Source: Anolis carolinensis (Eukaryota). Taken from it: a DNA stretch of 64,000 bases. Positions 63,537 to 64,000 of this stretch are shown here, in pieces. Numbering within the stretch: position 1 is the first letter of the stretch; every line of letters starts with the position of its first letter. The notes below the pieces were generated by a model. That model saw only the letters and a program-made list of their open reading frames with translations. It was not told where the DNA came from and did no database searches. The stretch is taken from the NCBI RefSeq assembly GCF_035594765.1, contig NW_026943820.1, positions 29,830,647 through 29,894,646 on the forward strand. Reading direction: 5' to 3'. The position numbers and the translations under genes are program-made.

Positions 63537-64000
63537 ATTTAGACCAAGCATGGCCAAAGTCCAGCCCAGGGGCCAATTGCAGCCCTTGTGCAAATTTCAA
63601 TTGGCCTCTGTCATAAAAACAACAACAATAAAATCAACAAGGGATGTTTCGATTCTGACATTTTTGGCACGGGCCATGCATGAATATCGAATATCTCATT
63701 GTAAGTATGAAGCTGACAAATTTCTTATGACTTACGACAACTTTCCAGCAGCAGTTGAGTGCGCACATGCACCTACGCAGATAAATTATAGATGATTACT
63801 CAGATCCTGCTTTTTCCTCTGTTAAAATGGACTTAAAGATTTACTTGTGATCAGCGTGAAAATGCCGAAAAGACGTCACGTTTTCTGGAAAATCTGGGGT
63901 TTTTCCAAACCCGGTGGGTCAGAAAAATCCAAATTACTGTATTTACAAATTTAGCACCAAGAATCACAATGTATTGAAAACATCGACTACAAAAGCATGG

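Overview
Vertebrate (squamate, most likely Anolis-type lizard, judged from Sauria-SINE, Vingi, Penelope and SPIN repeat content) genomic DNA with six spliced genes, reconstructed by hand from GT-AG junctions: CFDP1 (-, first 5 coding exons), TMEM170A (+, complete), a C-factor/CsgA-like classical SDR oxidoreductase (-, complete), CIAPIN1/anamorsin (-, complete), COQ9 (+, complete) and DOK4 (-, last 6 coding exons). There are two head-to-head gene pairs on tiny CpG-island promoters. Introns are dense with MITEs, hAT/SPIN elements, Helitrons, SINEs, LINE fragments and solo LTRs. Most notable observations: (1) POLR2C is missing from its usual COQ9-DOK4 slot; (2) Penelope-borne minimal hammerhead ribozymes, one intact in sense orientation in the SDR first intron; (3) an LTR-like element carrying three tRNA-Leu 3'-end (PBS) copies at an exact 63-bp period; (4) about ten unrelated local tandem arrays with 100-180 bp units; (5) a perfect 47-bp hairpin in the probable CIAPIN1 3' UTR. 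Most ORFs in the supplied track are spurious. All family assignments are from recalled sequence features, not database searches.
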